Shown: positions 11,930-26,625, counted from the first letter of the whole stretch. The stretch: DNA of 52,342 bases, filler included, from Basidiobolus ranarum (GCA_040143965.1; 2 parts of 2 records of this genome joined end to end with filler, not necessarily neighbours in it), one strand, 5' to 3'. Notes: generated by a model from the letters alone, not told the origin. Numbers and translations: made by a program.

Positions 11930-14908
11930 ATGGGTTTTAAAAAGAAGGTAGGAAAGGGGCGTTTGGATAAGTACTATTACTTGGCTAAGGAGCAGGGTTA
12001 TCGTGCCCGTTCCGCGTTCAAGTTGGTACAGTTAAATAAGAAATTCAACTTTTTGAGTAGCGCTCGTGTACTTGTAGATTTATGTGCTGCCCCCGGTGGT
12101 TGGTATGTATTTTTATTGAATTGGTTTTTTTTGGTTTTTTTTCTAATGGATTCTATTTTCTTAAAGGCTTCAAGTCGCTACTAAATACATGCCAGTATCT
12201 AGTTTGATTATTGGTAAGTCTTGAGAGATACACAATTCGTCTGATTGTACAGATACTTACGCGGCATTATTCTTGTTGATTCATCAACTCATTAGGTGTG
12301 GATCTTGCCCCTATCAAACCTATTCCTAAAGTAATCACCTTCCAAGAGGATATTACAACTGAAAGATGTCGCCAAGCGCTCAGAAATGAGTTGAAGACTT
12401 GGAAAGCAGATGTGTAAGTTAACATCTACTTTGAAATATTTAGTATTGCTCAACCTAATCATTGCTTTTATATCACTGATTGTAACTTAGGTTCCTTCAC
12501 GATGGTGCTCCCAACGTTGGTACTGCATGGGTGCAAGATGCTTACTCCCAATCAGAGTTGGTATTAATGTCATTAAAGCTTGCTGTGGAGTTCATGAGCA
12601 AAGGAGGTAATTCAACAAAGCCTTTTATTGACCTGTTATTCCACGAAACTGTATTAAACATGAATCATAGGTACTTTTGTCACCAAGGTTTTCAGATCCA
12701 AGGATTACAATAACTTGATGTGGGTATTCAATCAACTGTTCAAACGTGTCGAAGCTACCAAGCCACCCTCTTCCAGAAACGTATCTGCCGAAATTTTCGT
12801 AGTGTGCAGAGACTTCTTGGCACCCAAGAAGCTTGATCCCAAATTCTTGGATCCCAAGTGGGTATTCAAAGATTTAGAAGATACCATTGTCAATAAGCAA
12901 GCGGATATTTTCCATCCAGAAGTAAGTGAAAAAGTTCTTTATTCAAATTCATTCACTACCACCCCTCGTCTTCTCTCCTCGCCATGCTTACTTATTTGGG
13001 ACTTTTTTCTCTCGATCTTTTAGAAACACAAGAGACAACGTGAAGGTTACGAAGATGGAGATTATACTCTTCACAAGACCATATCTGTCATGGAGTTCAT
13101 TAACACCAGCGATGCCATCACCGTACTTGGATCAGCTAATAAGATGGTATTTGATTCGGAAGAGGCCCAATTCTTACTCAAGCAATCGGCCACCGATGAG
13201 GAAATTCAAACTTGCATGATGGATTTGAAAGTATTGGGTAAAAAAGATTTCCGAGGCTTACTCAAGTGGAGACTTCAAATGATTGACTTGATCAAGGCAA
13301 AGAGAAAGGCTGAAAACCCCGAATTGGCTGCCGAGGAGGAGAGAAAGCTCAAGGCAGAAGAAGAGTTGGCCGCCACCACAGTGGAGGTGGATGAAGAGGT
13401 CCTCTTGGAGGAGGAGATGGAAAACCTTACCAAGGAAGAACAAAGTCGTGTGAAGCGGGCCAGACGTAGAAAGAATGAAATTCGTACTAAGAATCTTCAA
13501 CGTATGCAGCTTAACATGGTCACTCCTACTGAGATTGGTATCGAGCAACTTAACGGAGAAACTCTGTTCGACATTCATAAGATCAAGAAATCTCAAACAC
13601 TTGAAAATATCTACGATGGTGATATGGATATTGTTATCTCTTCGGATGAGGATAAGGGCATTGGAGGCGGAGATGACTCTGACTTTGATATCGGCAAAGA
13701 TCCTAATGCCGATAGTGATGAGGAAGAGACCAATTATCTTGGTGATGAACTTGATCAGATGTATGAAGAGTTCCAGAACCGTCAAATGGAACGCGATGCC
13801 AAGTTCAAAGTCAAGAAACTAAGAGAAAAAGAAGGGGAATTCAAAGGATTCTCGAAAGACCAGTCTGATTCCGATTCTGAAGACGAGCAGAACGCCGGGC
13901 CTAAGCATGATGTCTCCGATTCAAGTGAAGACAGTGAGTCAGACGAAGAGTCGTACTCCAATTTGAAGAAGAAAAACCCACTGGTTGTTGATCTTAAAAA
14001 GAAGGAAGATAAGACACCTACAGCATCTGGTCTCTCTAAGAAGGCCGCTTTGTTCTTTGACAATAAGCTCTTCTCTGGAATCGAAGAAGACGATGAGGAT
14101 GACGAAGAGGAGGAAGAGGAGGAGGAAGAAGAAATTGTTCCTCGCAAGAGAAAGGCAGTCGAGATTGAGGAAGAAGAGGAGGAGGAGAGTGACAATGAAA
14201 GTGATTTCGAAATCGTACCTCTTGAGAAAGACGATGATGAATTCTGGAGTGATGATGGTGAAGAAGCCGGTAAAGTTCCTGATTATGGACTCATCACAGC
14301 TGAAGCAATCACACTTGCTCAGCAACTTGCCAATCGTGAGAAAACCAAGAGTGACCTTATTGATGATGGTTTCAATAAGAGTACTTTCCGTGATGCTCAA
14401 GGTTTACCAGAATGGTTTGTGGATGATGAGAGGAAGCATTCCAAGCCTAATGTACCTGTTACAAAAGAGGCCATGAATGCTCTTCGAGAGAAGATGAAGG
14501 CGTTGGATGCTCGTCCTATCAAGAAGATCGCTGAAGCCAAGGCCAGAAAGAAGTTCAAGGCTGTGAAGAAGTTGGCTAAGATCCAACAGAAGGCCTCTAC
14601 AATTGCTGAGAACGAGGATCTAACGGAGCGTGAGAAGGCTGAATCCATCAACAAATTGCTTTCCAAATCCATGAAGAAGAAGCCTAAGAAGGATATCAAG
14701 GTCGTGGTGGCTAGAGGTGGTAACAGAGCCATCAAGGGTAGACCAAAGGGTGTTAGTGGTCGCTATAAGGTATGTTGTTATTGTATATATTAGAAACTCT
14801 CAATGGATTCTAATTGTTGAATTTTCACAGATGGTTGATCCGAGAATGAGAAAGGAAGTTCGTGCCTTGAAAAGAGTCGCTAAGAAGGAGAAGAAAAGTC
14901 GTCGGTAA
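11930..14908 (+). CDS. SPB1: 27S pre-rRNA 2'-O-methyltransferase Spb1 (FtsJ domain), multi-exon
   Basis: [69 protein letters not shown], an acidic middle region and C-terminal [20 protein letters not shown] after splicing. Confidence 0.97.
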
Positions 14909-15359
14909 AGCGACTAGTTAGCGGACAATCCTATGAACACATCTACCTCTTTCAAACATAGCAATAGATAATTAATCATGTACATTGTGCATACCTTGGC
15001 AAGCAAAACACTATTGTTATTATCATTTCATATTCAACGATGATGCCAAGATATTTTAGAATCTATGTATACTTTGATACCGATGCAAACCTATTTTGTA
15101 TTCCAAACTTTTGTTGTGTGGTATATTTTATTTTTGTTTCTTCGCAAATAAAGAAATGTTCACTACCAACATAATGTGAGGCCAAAGATTTTCATAATCA
15201 GCTCAGGTGAGGATTATACACGGTAGTGCTTAGTCTTGCTAAGTGCATTCATGCCCAGATCACCGACCAATCAGTGACACGTAAAACGAGAATGTCAGAA
15301 TATCTTTTCAGTAATGTGTTCACAGTATTGGTGCACTCCTCGACCTTCTACCGAACAAG

Positions 15360-16154
15360 ATGGTAAATTGCATTGATATTCCGCAAACAATTAAACTCTA
15401 CTAGAGTTTGTTTGAACTGAACTTTCTATCATGTAATAATACCTATTTCGAAATTCTAGGCAAACAGCTCTGCGAAGAAGATTGCTATTGAAAACGCGAA
15501 AACCTTGGAAAATCTACGCATTGGGTTTTTGGGAGTGAATGTGAGTTATAATAAAGAGAGTTCTATCTTTCTCAGAGATTCTAGTTTTACTGTAATACTA
15601 ATTCCGAAGTTTACTTTCCTCTTCCAAAGGGATTCTATATATTAGTTAGAGGGATATTTTATTTTTCTAGTTTTGGCCTTTACCACTTCCTAGGGTATAC
15701 CATTACGGGTGGAATAAGCTTACTTCTTTATTTACAACTTAAAAGCATGGGAACCCCTAGACACTCTTTAAACGGACAATTAGAGAGTTCGGGTGAGGAT
15801 TTGAGCGCTGAAGGACTGACCGCCTATTTTTTCGACATTATTTATGTTACCTGGTTTGTGCATGTCGTTTCAGTCTTTACTGATTATGCTTGGTTTGTAT
15901 ATCTTGTGGTAAGTACATGGTATTTTTGCCCATGATTTTGAGCGGCTATTTACTTTCATGCAGAGTCAATTCATTCCTCTTCATTAACCTAGATCCCTGC
16001 GTATGCTTCCATCAAGCTATGGACTTCTGTAATCAAACCTTACATGGGATCTAAGGGACCAGTTGAAGAAGAGCCAGTCTTGGACGAAAAAGCACGCAAA
16101 AGGCAAGAGAAGAAGCAGAAAAAAGAAGGGCGTGTGAAATATAGGAGTCACTGA
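15360..16154 (+). CDS. SND2: SRP-independent targeting protein 2 / TMEM208 homolog (4 coding exons, the first is ATG only)
   Basis: Spliced product M|ANSSAKKIAIENAKTL...GEDLSAEGLTAYFFDIIYVTWFVHV...LV|IPAYASIKLW...KRQEKKQKKEGRVKYRSH*, matching the TMEM208/DUF788 pattern. Confidence 0.88.
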
Positions 16155-16313
16155 GAGTAATAGTCTGAACGATTGAAAATGATAATAAAAATGAAGATGG
16201 CATTCCAAGTTCGGTAGAAATTTTGATAGATTAACTTTATTTCGGAGGAATCAAGGGAGCATGCGAAAGGATAATAAAAATACATGACAACATCAGTTAT
16301 GCAGGAAGAAAAG

Positions 16314-18306
16314 TTAAATTCGGATTTGGAATTTCCCAGACTTCGTGACACTACGAACTCCCTACAATAAAGCCCAGGTACAGTTAGAAAGCAATGGCTA
16401 GTATGTGATAAGATAATGGAGGTAACTCACCTTGTATGGCTTATATCCTTCATAGAACACCTTCAAGCTATCTACTTTTAACCCGGAAATTGCGTACATG
16501 CTTATCTGGAAATCAGCTAGGATGGAGCTACCAGCGGAGCCTAGCTTCTCACTAAAAGCAGAGTCAGAGCCTCAACATCAACAACAATGAAAAGGAAGGT
16601 CACTTACGACGCAGTGAAAGTCCCAGAGATCATGGGCATTCTATCTTTCATTTGGACCCGGCCAATATCCCATCGAAGAACCTACATAAAATCCTTGTTA
16701 ACATGGGCCCAGAGATGCCGAGAAGCTTTGCACACTAACCTTAGTGGTGCGATCAAATGTATACTGGCCAATGTTTGGCGAAGCAGAAACATTTTCTATG
16801 CATTGGGCCATCGGGAAGGTGATGGCTAAGTTCTCCACGGGCTTTCCATCGGAGTGACGAATACTCACACTAATATCAAATTTCCCTTCAAAAGAGTAAT
16901 TGGTGAGTGACTGTGTATGGTTCCATGAGATTGAATTGGTGAGAGTACCTCCGTTGTTGTAGATCGATATTTGGGGCTTGACATAGATGGGAAGATATGT
17001 CGGATGTCGGAGATCCACCCTAGTAATCTGTTAGATTAGGGGAGGGGAGAAAGGGAGGGGTTGAATGCAGTACCTGTAGCTCATCAATTTGAAATGTCCG
17101 TCAGGTGGGATGAATGAGAGAATCCGTTCGTTCTCATACTTGCCATGTCTGTAGATATAGTGTAGCACGGATTAACACGGGATGTATAGGGTTTAGGATT
17201 TAAAGGTCACAAAACAATACCGACCTAATGCAAGGGTGTAAGCTATAGTCATCAAAAAGTCTAGGATTTACAAAGCTGAGCGTCAGATCCGGCATGCCTG
17301 TGGAGTATAACGCAGCATAAGTATATAACAACAACGATCATATGGCGTGATCATACCTGATAGTCGACTGTTGCTGAGAATGTTTCCATTTATTTCACAT
17401 GAAATAACCGATCCATTGCTAAGACTTGGGGGTGAATAAATATTCCAACACTCTGTTCTATTACAACATGGTACCTGTCAACAATAGCATCCAACTCCTC
17501 CACAATATCAAAGTAGATCTCATTGTTAGTGTATATCACTCCAGATTTTCTCCAGGGTACGTTCGATAGTGTTCCATTCGGTAATCGGTCACTAAATTGA
17601 TTTGAATGTTGGTAAAATGCTTGACATCACCAGGACACACCTAAACCTACGTTGATACGCCAGCCGCATTCATTACTCTATTGATAATAGTGGGTGGAGA
17701 GATAATGTCCTTGAGCGCATTTGGCTCGGTAGTGAGGGGATAACCGTAGTCCATCATTTCCTCCAAGAGCTAAGAAATGATAAGAATACGAAGCAATTCT
17801 ATAGAAATAACAAAAGAACCAGCTACCTGATATACTGTAACGAAATTATCTTTAATAACCGTCTCCGATACTTCATCAAAGTACTCCACCAACAAATCCA
17901 CCACACGGTGTAAGAATTCCAATACCAATAATGGTTCGACTATAAATACAAGTTAGAAGTGAATCCACTTTGTGTAAATAATTCTTTTGGATACTAACCT
18001 TCGGCTGAAACGGTGGTCAAAAAAGTAAGAGAATCCCGATAAATCTGGACATAATTCCCTTGAGGTGTATCGATAATCGGTAATGCCTCCTCTTGAGACA
18101 TGCCTTTGGTTACATTTAGGTAATAATCCACCACTGAACGACTTACAACTCCGCGCCAGTGCTTTTCGATGATGATTTTTCTACCAGAATTGAAGTTAGA
18201 AAAAGGAATTAATGGCGGAAAATTTGTTGAATAGAAAGCATTAAACCGTCTGATAACAACGCTATAAGTACCCAGTGGAATTCAACACAAACAAACTGCT
18301 TATCAT
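16314..18306 (-). CDS. APM3: AP-3 adaptor complex mu subunit, many short exons
   Basis: Exons translate to MISSLFVLNSTG, KIIIEKHWRG, EEMMDYGYPLTTEPNALKDIISPP, PWRKSGVIYTNNEIYFDIVEELDAIVD, ILSFIPPDGHFKLMSY and YKPYK|GVRSVTKSGKFQIRI*. Confidence 0.92.
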
Positions 18307-18827
18307 TCTGCAATAATACTACAAGGAAAGTCTTGACTGTTACAACTGCACTTGTAAAATGTACGAGTCCATTTGAATTTAATACGTCGTAATCACACTC
18401 GTATTGATCTTGGTTTGGTTTAAATCACCTAACCCTAAATTCACGAACAACATTCAATCAATAATATTAATAAAACTTCAATGATTCATTATACAGTGTA
18501 ATCTCGAGCTGAATCAGTTACGTAATACTGATACTCCAACTCCTACACAAAACAAAATATAGACGTCAAATTGTAGAAATGCGATGATATTCCCACCAAT
18601 AAAATTCTCCATGCCCACTAAAACCCACGATATTATGGAAGATTCGTATGATATGGGGAGATTAAGAAAAGATGTGTGGGTAGTAAGGATTGGATGCATT
18701 GTTGGCAGGAAAAGCTGTTAAATTGGGTAATGGTAATATCGATATTATTATGGCAGATGTAGTGCTGAGATTCATTAAATCAGTCTTCCAAGTTCTTGTG
18801 TCTTGAATACACTGCAAATAATTCAGC

Positions 18828-19988
18828 ATGTCCCACGACCAAGTAGATGAACTTTTTACCATTCGTAATTTGTTTTACGTAGGTGCGTATCAACAAGTGA
18901 TCAACCAATGCACCAACCCTTCTACTGAGCCCAGCTACGAAGATGGTAAACTAGAGAGACTTGTGTTTTTGTATCGTTCTTATATCGCCCAAGGAAACTG
19001 TGATATTGTCTTAAAGGAGATAGATGATAAGCAACCTATCGACTTGAAGGTAACCAAGCTACTAGCTCAGTATGTGAGCGCCGATAAAGCTGGCAAACAG
19101 AAAGCCATAACAGAAGCACAAGCATTGGCAACTGACGAGTTGAACTCCAATAACGGTAGCGTTCAAATTGTCCTTGGGACTTTACTTTATCGTGAGGGCT
19201 TGTATGAAGATGCTTTGCGTTTACTAGTAAAACATTCCAAGAACCTTGAATGGTAAACTAGACTTATTTTCTATTTTCCTCCACTTCGTTGCTGAATCAT
19301 TTTTCATATAACAGTGTCGCCCTTATTGTCCAGATTTATTTGAAGCTAGACAGAACTGATTTGGCTAGAAGAGAGCTTAATGCTACCAAGAACTGGGCTG
19401 AAGACGCTATTCTTGCGCAACTCATCGAAGCTTGGATCGGTGTTCAGATTGTAAGAGTACAATTTCTCATATCTTGATGAACCTATTATTAATATTTCTC
19501 TTTAGGGTGGCCCAAAATATCAAGAAGCATTCTACATCTTTCAGGAACTTAGCCAAAACCTTGCCGCTACTACAGTTAAACTTTTAAATGGACAAGCCAT
19601 CTGTAACATTCACATGGGAAGATATCCCGAAGCTGAGAGTCTCTTACTAGAAGCATTAAATAAGGTTGAATCACAACTCTCAAATCACCTATTATTTTCC
19701 ATCGTCTCTAATTTCAGCGATTATTCATTTAATAGAGTCAAAGTGACCCAGACACACTTGTTAATCTTATCGTTTGCGCCAATTTAACTGGTAAACCTAA
19801 CGAGTTGATTGATGATTATACCACGTAAGTAAACCATCTCCGAAGATCTATTTTACTTCATTACTAACCAAAACCGAAACTTTAGTCAACTAAAGAACAT
19901 CGCACCTGAGCACCCGTATCTTACTGAGCTGGAAGCCAAAAGTCAATTGTTTGACGAATGTGCCAAACGTTACACTATCGCTAACTAA
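18828..19988 (+). CDS. SEC28: Coatomer subunit epsilon (5 exons)
   Basis: DELFTIRNLFYVGAYQQVIN, VQIYLKLDRTDLA, EDAILAQLIEAW, KYQEAFYIFQEL, DPDTLVNLIV and APEHPYL, all typical of COPE. Confidence 0.93.
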
Positions 19989-20616
19989 TTTGCTCATTGA
20001 TAATTCACACTCGGTCACTATCTCTACTCCACTTCACAACATTCCTTTCCTTTCCGTTTCCCTCATTCCCCCGAGATAATGGAGTTTATCAGATAATTGG
20101 CCACCTGAAATCCCCCAATAAACTGATGAAATTAATCTTGATCCTTCAAGAATACGATGGGACACATTCAACACCCATGATTTAATCGGGCAGGTGAGAT
20201 GGGTTAGGGCTAGGTTGTGGAAGATAATTTACTATAGACTTGGATAAGTGTAGTCAAGTGATAGGAGTAGGTCTGGCTGGTGATCGCTCAGAGGGGTGGA
20301 ATGTTTGCCGAGGAATGTTACAAAAATCCTAAGCGATGGCAGGGAACAGGGAGTAGATAGGAACGAAAGAAATGGGTGAGTTGGGGGATAGGAGAGGCAG
20401 TCTGGGTTAGTGAATTACTATGATGGCTTGTTGCTCAGGCTGAGAAGATGTATATGAACAGATTAGGTGGGTAAACATTACATGAGAATTGTTGCTTGTA
20501 AAGAGCAATTAATGCGGAATTTTAATTCACCAAGATTATACGGTTTAAAGAAATACATTTTCCCGTCCAGAGTCCGGAAGTCAAGTCATACATGTGATTA
20601 CATTCAGAAAACAAAA

Positions 20617-22874
20617 CTACGATGATCCAGACCGCAGAAGGTACTCTACCGCTGAATTCACGTCTCCTCCTGTAGCTAACAATGCCCTAGAAACCGTAAA
20701 GTTAGTTATCAAGTTCGTCTCAACACGTTCTCAGGTGAGTTTACCGAATATTCGCGGTGGCGTCATTGAATCCCATCTCATTCAACGCGCGAAGCTGGTC
20801 TCTGAACCGCATTTCTGGTGGTTCTGATGTGGTAGGTGAAGATGGTGTGCCAATATTTGGGCTACAATGAGGTCATGAGTTAGGTATTTTGATGGATCTG
20901 ACCGATTGGTCCAAGCAATTCACTCACTACTTACTTGAACATTTGACTCATGAAATTGCTCGATGGATTCTGATCTGATTGGCTAGCGTTACTGAGTAGA
21001 TTTCTTAACTCTTGATTTAAATTTCCACCAATATTCTGGAATAATGGATTTTGATTGGTTCCCATCAACATATTACTTGGATGAGGTTGAGATGGAGCTT
21101 GCAATGAGGAAGAGTTTGGTGGGAACAGCCGGTTCATCATTTGCTCGTAGTGTTGCTGCTGCTGTTGTTCTTCAGATCGAAGTGTGGTTTGTCCAGGCTG
21201 ATCAGTAAATGAGCCGTTAAGCTGGGTATCAATTCCATTAGGGTGGTAAGATGCATTATTTCGTTGAAGAGTCGATCCCCATCCAAAGGCTCCATTACCG
21301 CCTTGAGTGCCACTGGTTTGCTCAAGTTCGGTAGGTTCTCCTCTCATGTTAAGGAGGGGCAGCCTAGGTGCGGGTGGACAACGTAGAGAGGATGGTGAAT
21401 TTCTAGAGGTATTAGAGTTGCTCTCTTGCTCTCCCTTTTGGGACGTATTTTCTGTACCGTTTGATGCCTATGTAATAGTTTGGCTATGATTTAGCTTTGC
21501 GTAAACTCATGTAGAACCGATAGTGGGAAATGAGTGATTCATACCAAACCTATGTTACGAGTGCCAGCTCTAGTGCTGGATCCCGATGGCTCTATTGTGT
21601 TGAAAAATAACAACATTAACAAGGGTCGAATGTCGCATCTCTTATTGCGAATTGATACGTACGACGAGAAGACTCACCCGTAGTGGAGGGTAATGGACGA
21701 CGGGTCCAAGGATTGGGCAAAGGCATAGTGTTGGGTTGGCCATCTTTAAAGTATGCAGGATTAGCATTATGATCACACTAATGAGCTACTTAATAAAAAA
21801 GAACCTGATGCTCTTGTAGCGTTCAACATTTGTGCCCAACGTTCATTGACAGCATCAGTAGAAGGGTCCTCCTACGCGTGTATCTTTAGGTTACAATTGA
21901 AACGAACTTTAGGAAGATTGGTTGAGAATATTTACTGGACTGTGAGCAGATTCTAAAGGCTCCTGCAAATTATGGTACATTTTTCGCAAATGATTGAATC
22001 CACCAGGTAACATCTCTAAATTTGATAAAGCACGATCATTATTCCTCATCATCTCTCGCATTAACTCCGGGTTTCTGGCAAGGTCAATAGTCTAAGGATA
22101 TGAGTAGTAATATAATCAGGGTTTAGTGATAGCACAAAGTACGTTGGACATTCTATAGATATTATCCCTCCTTCAATAAAAATCAAAGAACACAATGTAA
22201 GGAATAAAAAACGCTTTTCATCACCTGTTGTAAGAAATTGGGGTCGTTGAGAATATGGCCTATTTCGGGATTACGCTCTACCATTTCTTTCACCTGAGGA
22301 TTCGATAGCATCAAGGCACGAACTACCTCTGGATTCGCCATCATACTCTACAAAAAAGGTTATTTTCGAAAAGAAATGAAGACAAGACTAGTTATTTAAA
22401 CTGACCTTCATGAAAGAGGAGTTAAGAAGGTCTTTCATAAAATGAGAAGTTTGAGGAGGCTTTGATTGTGAACCAGCTTGATCCCTCTTACTATTAGAAG
22501 CTTGCTCCAAAGCCTTGTTGGAAGCACCGCGAACCAGATGTATAGTATGACCATCCCGGATATCTAAAAAATTGAAGAAATATTGGTAAGATTGTATGCG
22601 TTTAGGTAGATCCAAGGTATCTATATTAATAGCTGAAGCGAGTTGAAGGAGGCCGAGTCTTACCATAGAAACTGAGCAAATTTGCATCTTGGAGAACCCT
22701 TCCGGCGTAAACGAGTCTCATTTGGCCAGGAACCATACTTGACTGTGACTGTAGTTGCTCTTTTAGAGATAATACAGTGGTTTCATCAGGCCTTACAAGG
22801 ATAGTAGAGGTATTTCCACCGGAAAACCGTATTTTGAGAGTAATGCTTGTAGAGTTAGTATCTGAATCGGACAT
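20617..22874 (-). CDS. DSK2: Ubiquilin / Dsk2 (UBL-STI1-UBA), multi-exon
   Basis: N-terminal UBL ([13 protein letters not shown]), STI1 region ([31 protein letters not shown]) and C-terminal UBA ([18 protein letters not shown]...[17 protein letters not shown]). Confidence 0.92.
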
Positions 22875-23712
22875 CGCTTGTGTTGCGAGAATGGAAATAA
22901 AAGCTTTATAAAGTCTCTCAAAGAAAATATGATTAACTGAAGAAAATAAAGAAATAGATATGTAGACAAAGTGAACGAGAAATGAGTTAAAAACCGATAG
23001 ACAAAGAGTTGAGAACGGCGTTCAATTCGCATTAATATTAATAGAATATTACTCATCTTATCTCTGAAGCTTATCTGAGATATTGGCTATTTGAGTGAAT
23101 GGATCATTTTTATTTAGGGCAAGTTGCTTAAGACTAATCAACCTTGTAGTGCCCTGGATTTCATGATGACTAAGTTATGCTTCATTTAGGCTACGTAATT
23201 GCCATGGAGATTTCTTCGTTTAGTGAACTAAGTAAACAAAACCTTTATTAGATGGCTAGCTTACCTTATTGGGACTCTTTAAACAAGATTTGTCCTTTTC
23301 AGGCTAAGAATAGGTCAGTAATACGAAAGGGTCGGTTCTACACATGCTACAGATGGTGCATAGGTTGAATGCATATTTCCTGCTAGTTAAGCGTCCAGAT
23401 TGAGTATGATGATGGGTCACTCTCTCGTAGCTGTCGAAGGCATACCAACCGCGATCATAAAACTGAGCCTCTACTTACTGCGTGAAGCCATCAGGAATAC
23501 TCACTATCTAGAGAAGTTCGAGGATATGCGGTTATACACTCAGCATTGTGCATCAACATAACAAGCATATCTGTCACTGTATCACTGTTTCTATGCTCTA
23601 TTTAGTGGGTGCCTATAGGCCTGTTGAGGCCTCACAGTTCGAGGTAATGGAAAACGTATGTATGCGTGTTGTGGTTGTATATGCATTTATAGGTGGATGT
23701 GAATTACATGAA

Positions 23713-24636
23713 TTAGAAGTACATTGGCGAACAATCGCCCATCTCATTAATATATCTGGGATAAGAGCCAAGTTTAACCACTTCAGTAGCAAATTCCTTC
23801 AGATTCTCTACTGCCTTGTCTACTAGAGCATCTGTCTCGATTGCTCCATCTATGTCGACATAAATTATATATTCCCAAGGTGCAGTATATCTAATTGTCC
23901 TGGTAGATGGTCTGGATTCAATCTTTAAAACGTTTATATCCCTCAAAGCAAAGCTTCCCAATATTTTGAACAGTGCACCAGGTTTGTTGGGCATGATTAC
24001 CGCGAAGGATGATTTTGGCTGCATATGACGCTCGGGAATGATGGGCTCTTTAGATAGTAAGAAGTACCGTGTAAATATACTTGACTCTTCAACGCCAGTG
24101 GCTAATACCTCCAGGTTGTGCATGCATGCAGCATTTTGTGAAGCTATTGCTGCTAACTGAGGTTCATTACGTTCAGAGACAAGTCTGGCACAAGAAGAAG
24201 TACTTTCTCCTTGTGATATAGTGATCGAACCACTATTTGGTAGAGAATGGATATAGTCACTACATTGTTCAATTATCTGTGATTGACTTACTATCTCCTT
24301 GATATCTTCGACGTTGCTTCCTTTTACTCCAACTAGGCAATAAGGCTCGTGGTATACATATTCCCCCACCACGTATATTCGCGGGCTGTTTAATTTAATC
24401 AGTTTGTCGAAGTTTGCATGAATCGTCCCCGAAAGAGAATTCTCAACTGGGAGTATTGCCTGTTGAATATCTCCCGACTGTACGGCACTGAGCATTTGCC
24501 TTAAGGTATCGAAGGGAACAGTTTCAAAAGATTGACCACGAAGAGTAGAGTGATTTTGATACAGGTGTCTGGCAGCATTGTCAACATAAGCTCCGGGTGA
24601 ACCGTGATATCCCAATAAGACCTTTTTCTTCGACAT
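23713..24636 (-). CDS. Prephenate/arogenate dehydratase family protein with ACT domain (divergent active-site motifs), intronless
   Basis: GYHGSPGAY, ILPVENSLSGT, ACT domain PGALFKILGSFALRDINVLKIESRP and C-terminal LGSYP. Confidence 0.88.
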   Translation of the reverse strand: MSKKKVLLGYHGSPGAYVDNAARHLYQNHSTLRGQSFETVPFDTLRQMLSAVQSGDIQQAILPVENSLSGTIHANFDKLIKLNSPRIYVVGEYVYHEPYCLVGVKGSNVEDIKEIVSQSQIIEQCSDYIHSLPNSGSITISQGESTSSCARLVSERNEPQLAAIASQNAACMHNLEVLATGVEESSIFTRYFLLSKEPIIPERHMQPKSSFAVIMPNKPGALFKILGSFALRDINVLKIESRPSTRTIRYTAPWEYIIYVDIDGAIETDALVDKAVENLKEFATEVVKLGSYPRYINEMGDCSPMYF

Positions 24637-24986
24637 AGTACCTACAAGATACTCAAGGGTAATCTCACTTCATTCTTAAATACCTGTTAATGATCTAATG
24701 AAACATATCTACAATCGAATGTCACTTTGGTTTCTCTATATGCAGATCTGGTGATCCCATCCTGCAACTGGACGGTCCCTTAATTATTCACATTACCATA
24801 ACCCTGAATCTACCTGAAGACAATTAATCATACCATTGATCAAGTTACATTTAATCAGAAGCTAATGACACTTGAAGTAACGTAAATAACAACGTATTTA
24901 TTGATTGACTGCAAAAATGATTTATTTTACATATACATAGTGCTCCGTTACCAGAATTGAGATGCTTTACTGGAAATACGCGTACT

Positions 24987-26132
<1,146 letters not shown>

Positions 26133-26232
26133 NNNNNNNNNNNNNNNNNNNNNNNNNNNNNNNNNNNNNNNNNNNNTTAATTAATTAANNNNNNNNNNNN
26201 NNNNNNNNNNNNNNNNNNNNNNNNNNNNNNNN
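26133..26232. other. Assembly spacer (N44 + TTAATTAATTAA + N44)
   Basis: N runs flank a 12-mer that gives stop codons in all six frames; this is an artificial contig linker. Confidence 0.97.
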
Positions 26233-26394
26233 TCTTGACAAAACTATAAATTTCAACTGAATACTCAATAAATCAATAAGTGAAAACCACCAATTCCTCT
26301 AATTCTCCAAACCACTTCCAACAGGCTCCCAAATACTTTAACAATTTCAACACTCTCCCTCAACTAAATATAAACTAATCCTAAGGAAGGTCCA
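26233..26394. repeat. Repeat family X copy 3 (26233-26343, same orientation as copy 1) followed by flank R (26344-26394, direct copy of 6340-6394)
   Basis: TCTTGACAAAACTATAAA...CAGGCTCCCAAATACTTTAACA is nearly identical to 128-238. It is followed by ATTTCAACACT..CCTCAACTAAATA..TAAACTAATC.TAAGGAAGGTC, as at 6340-6394. Confidence 0.9.
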
Positions 26395-26625
26395 TAATTT
26401 ATCATCATGTGTATTTGTAGTAGGGAAGTATCATCAATCCTGAGGATCGGGGTTTCATGAGATGCTATGGCATAAGGTCTAGACATTAAAGTTTGGTGGC
26501 GGTATCATTTTCGTTTACTTATTAGCAGCCCTAGTTTTGGTACAACACGAGGAAGGTTCATAGAAAAATTGGGACAAAGTTTAAACTTGACATTTATTTC
26601 CGAGATCAGACAGATTTGGGACATT

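Noticed and set aside
13258-14735. Overlapping antisense and alternate-frame ORFs in SPB1 (likewise in GCN1, HPPD and the bicupin)
   Set aside because: Shadow ORFs produced by codon bias and low-complexity acidic tracts of the real genes.
22092-22224. Box C/D snoRNA in the long DSK2 intron (GTGATGA ... CTGA)
   Set aside because: The 'box C' coincides with the 5' splice site and the 'box D' is the CTGAT branch-site motif; there is no terminal stem.
23406-23466. ATGATGA...CTGA pair as a C/D snoRNA
   Set aside because: No terminal stem, C'/D' boxes or recognisable rRNA guide; it cannot be supported without snoscan.
26133-26232. TTAATTAATTAA palindrome within Ns as a biological site
   Set aside because: It is a six-frame-stop linker symmetrically flanked by 44 Ns, i.e. 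an assembly artefact.
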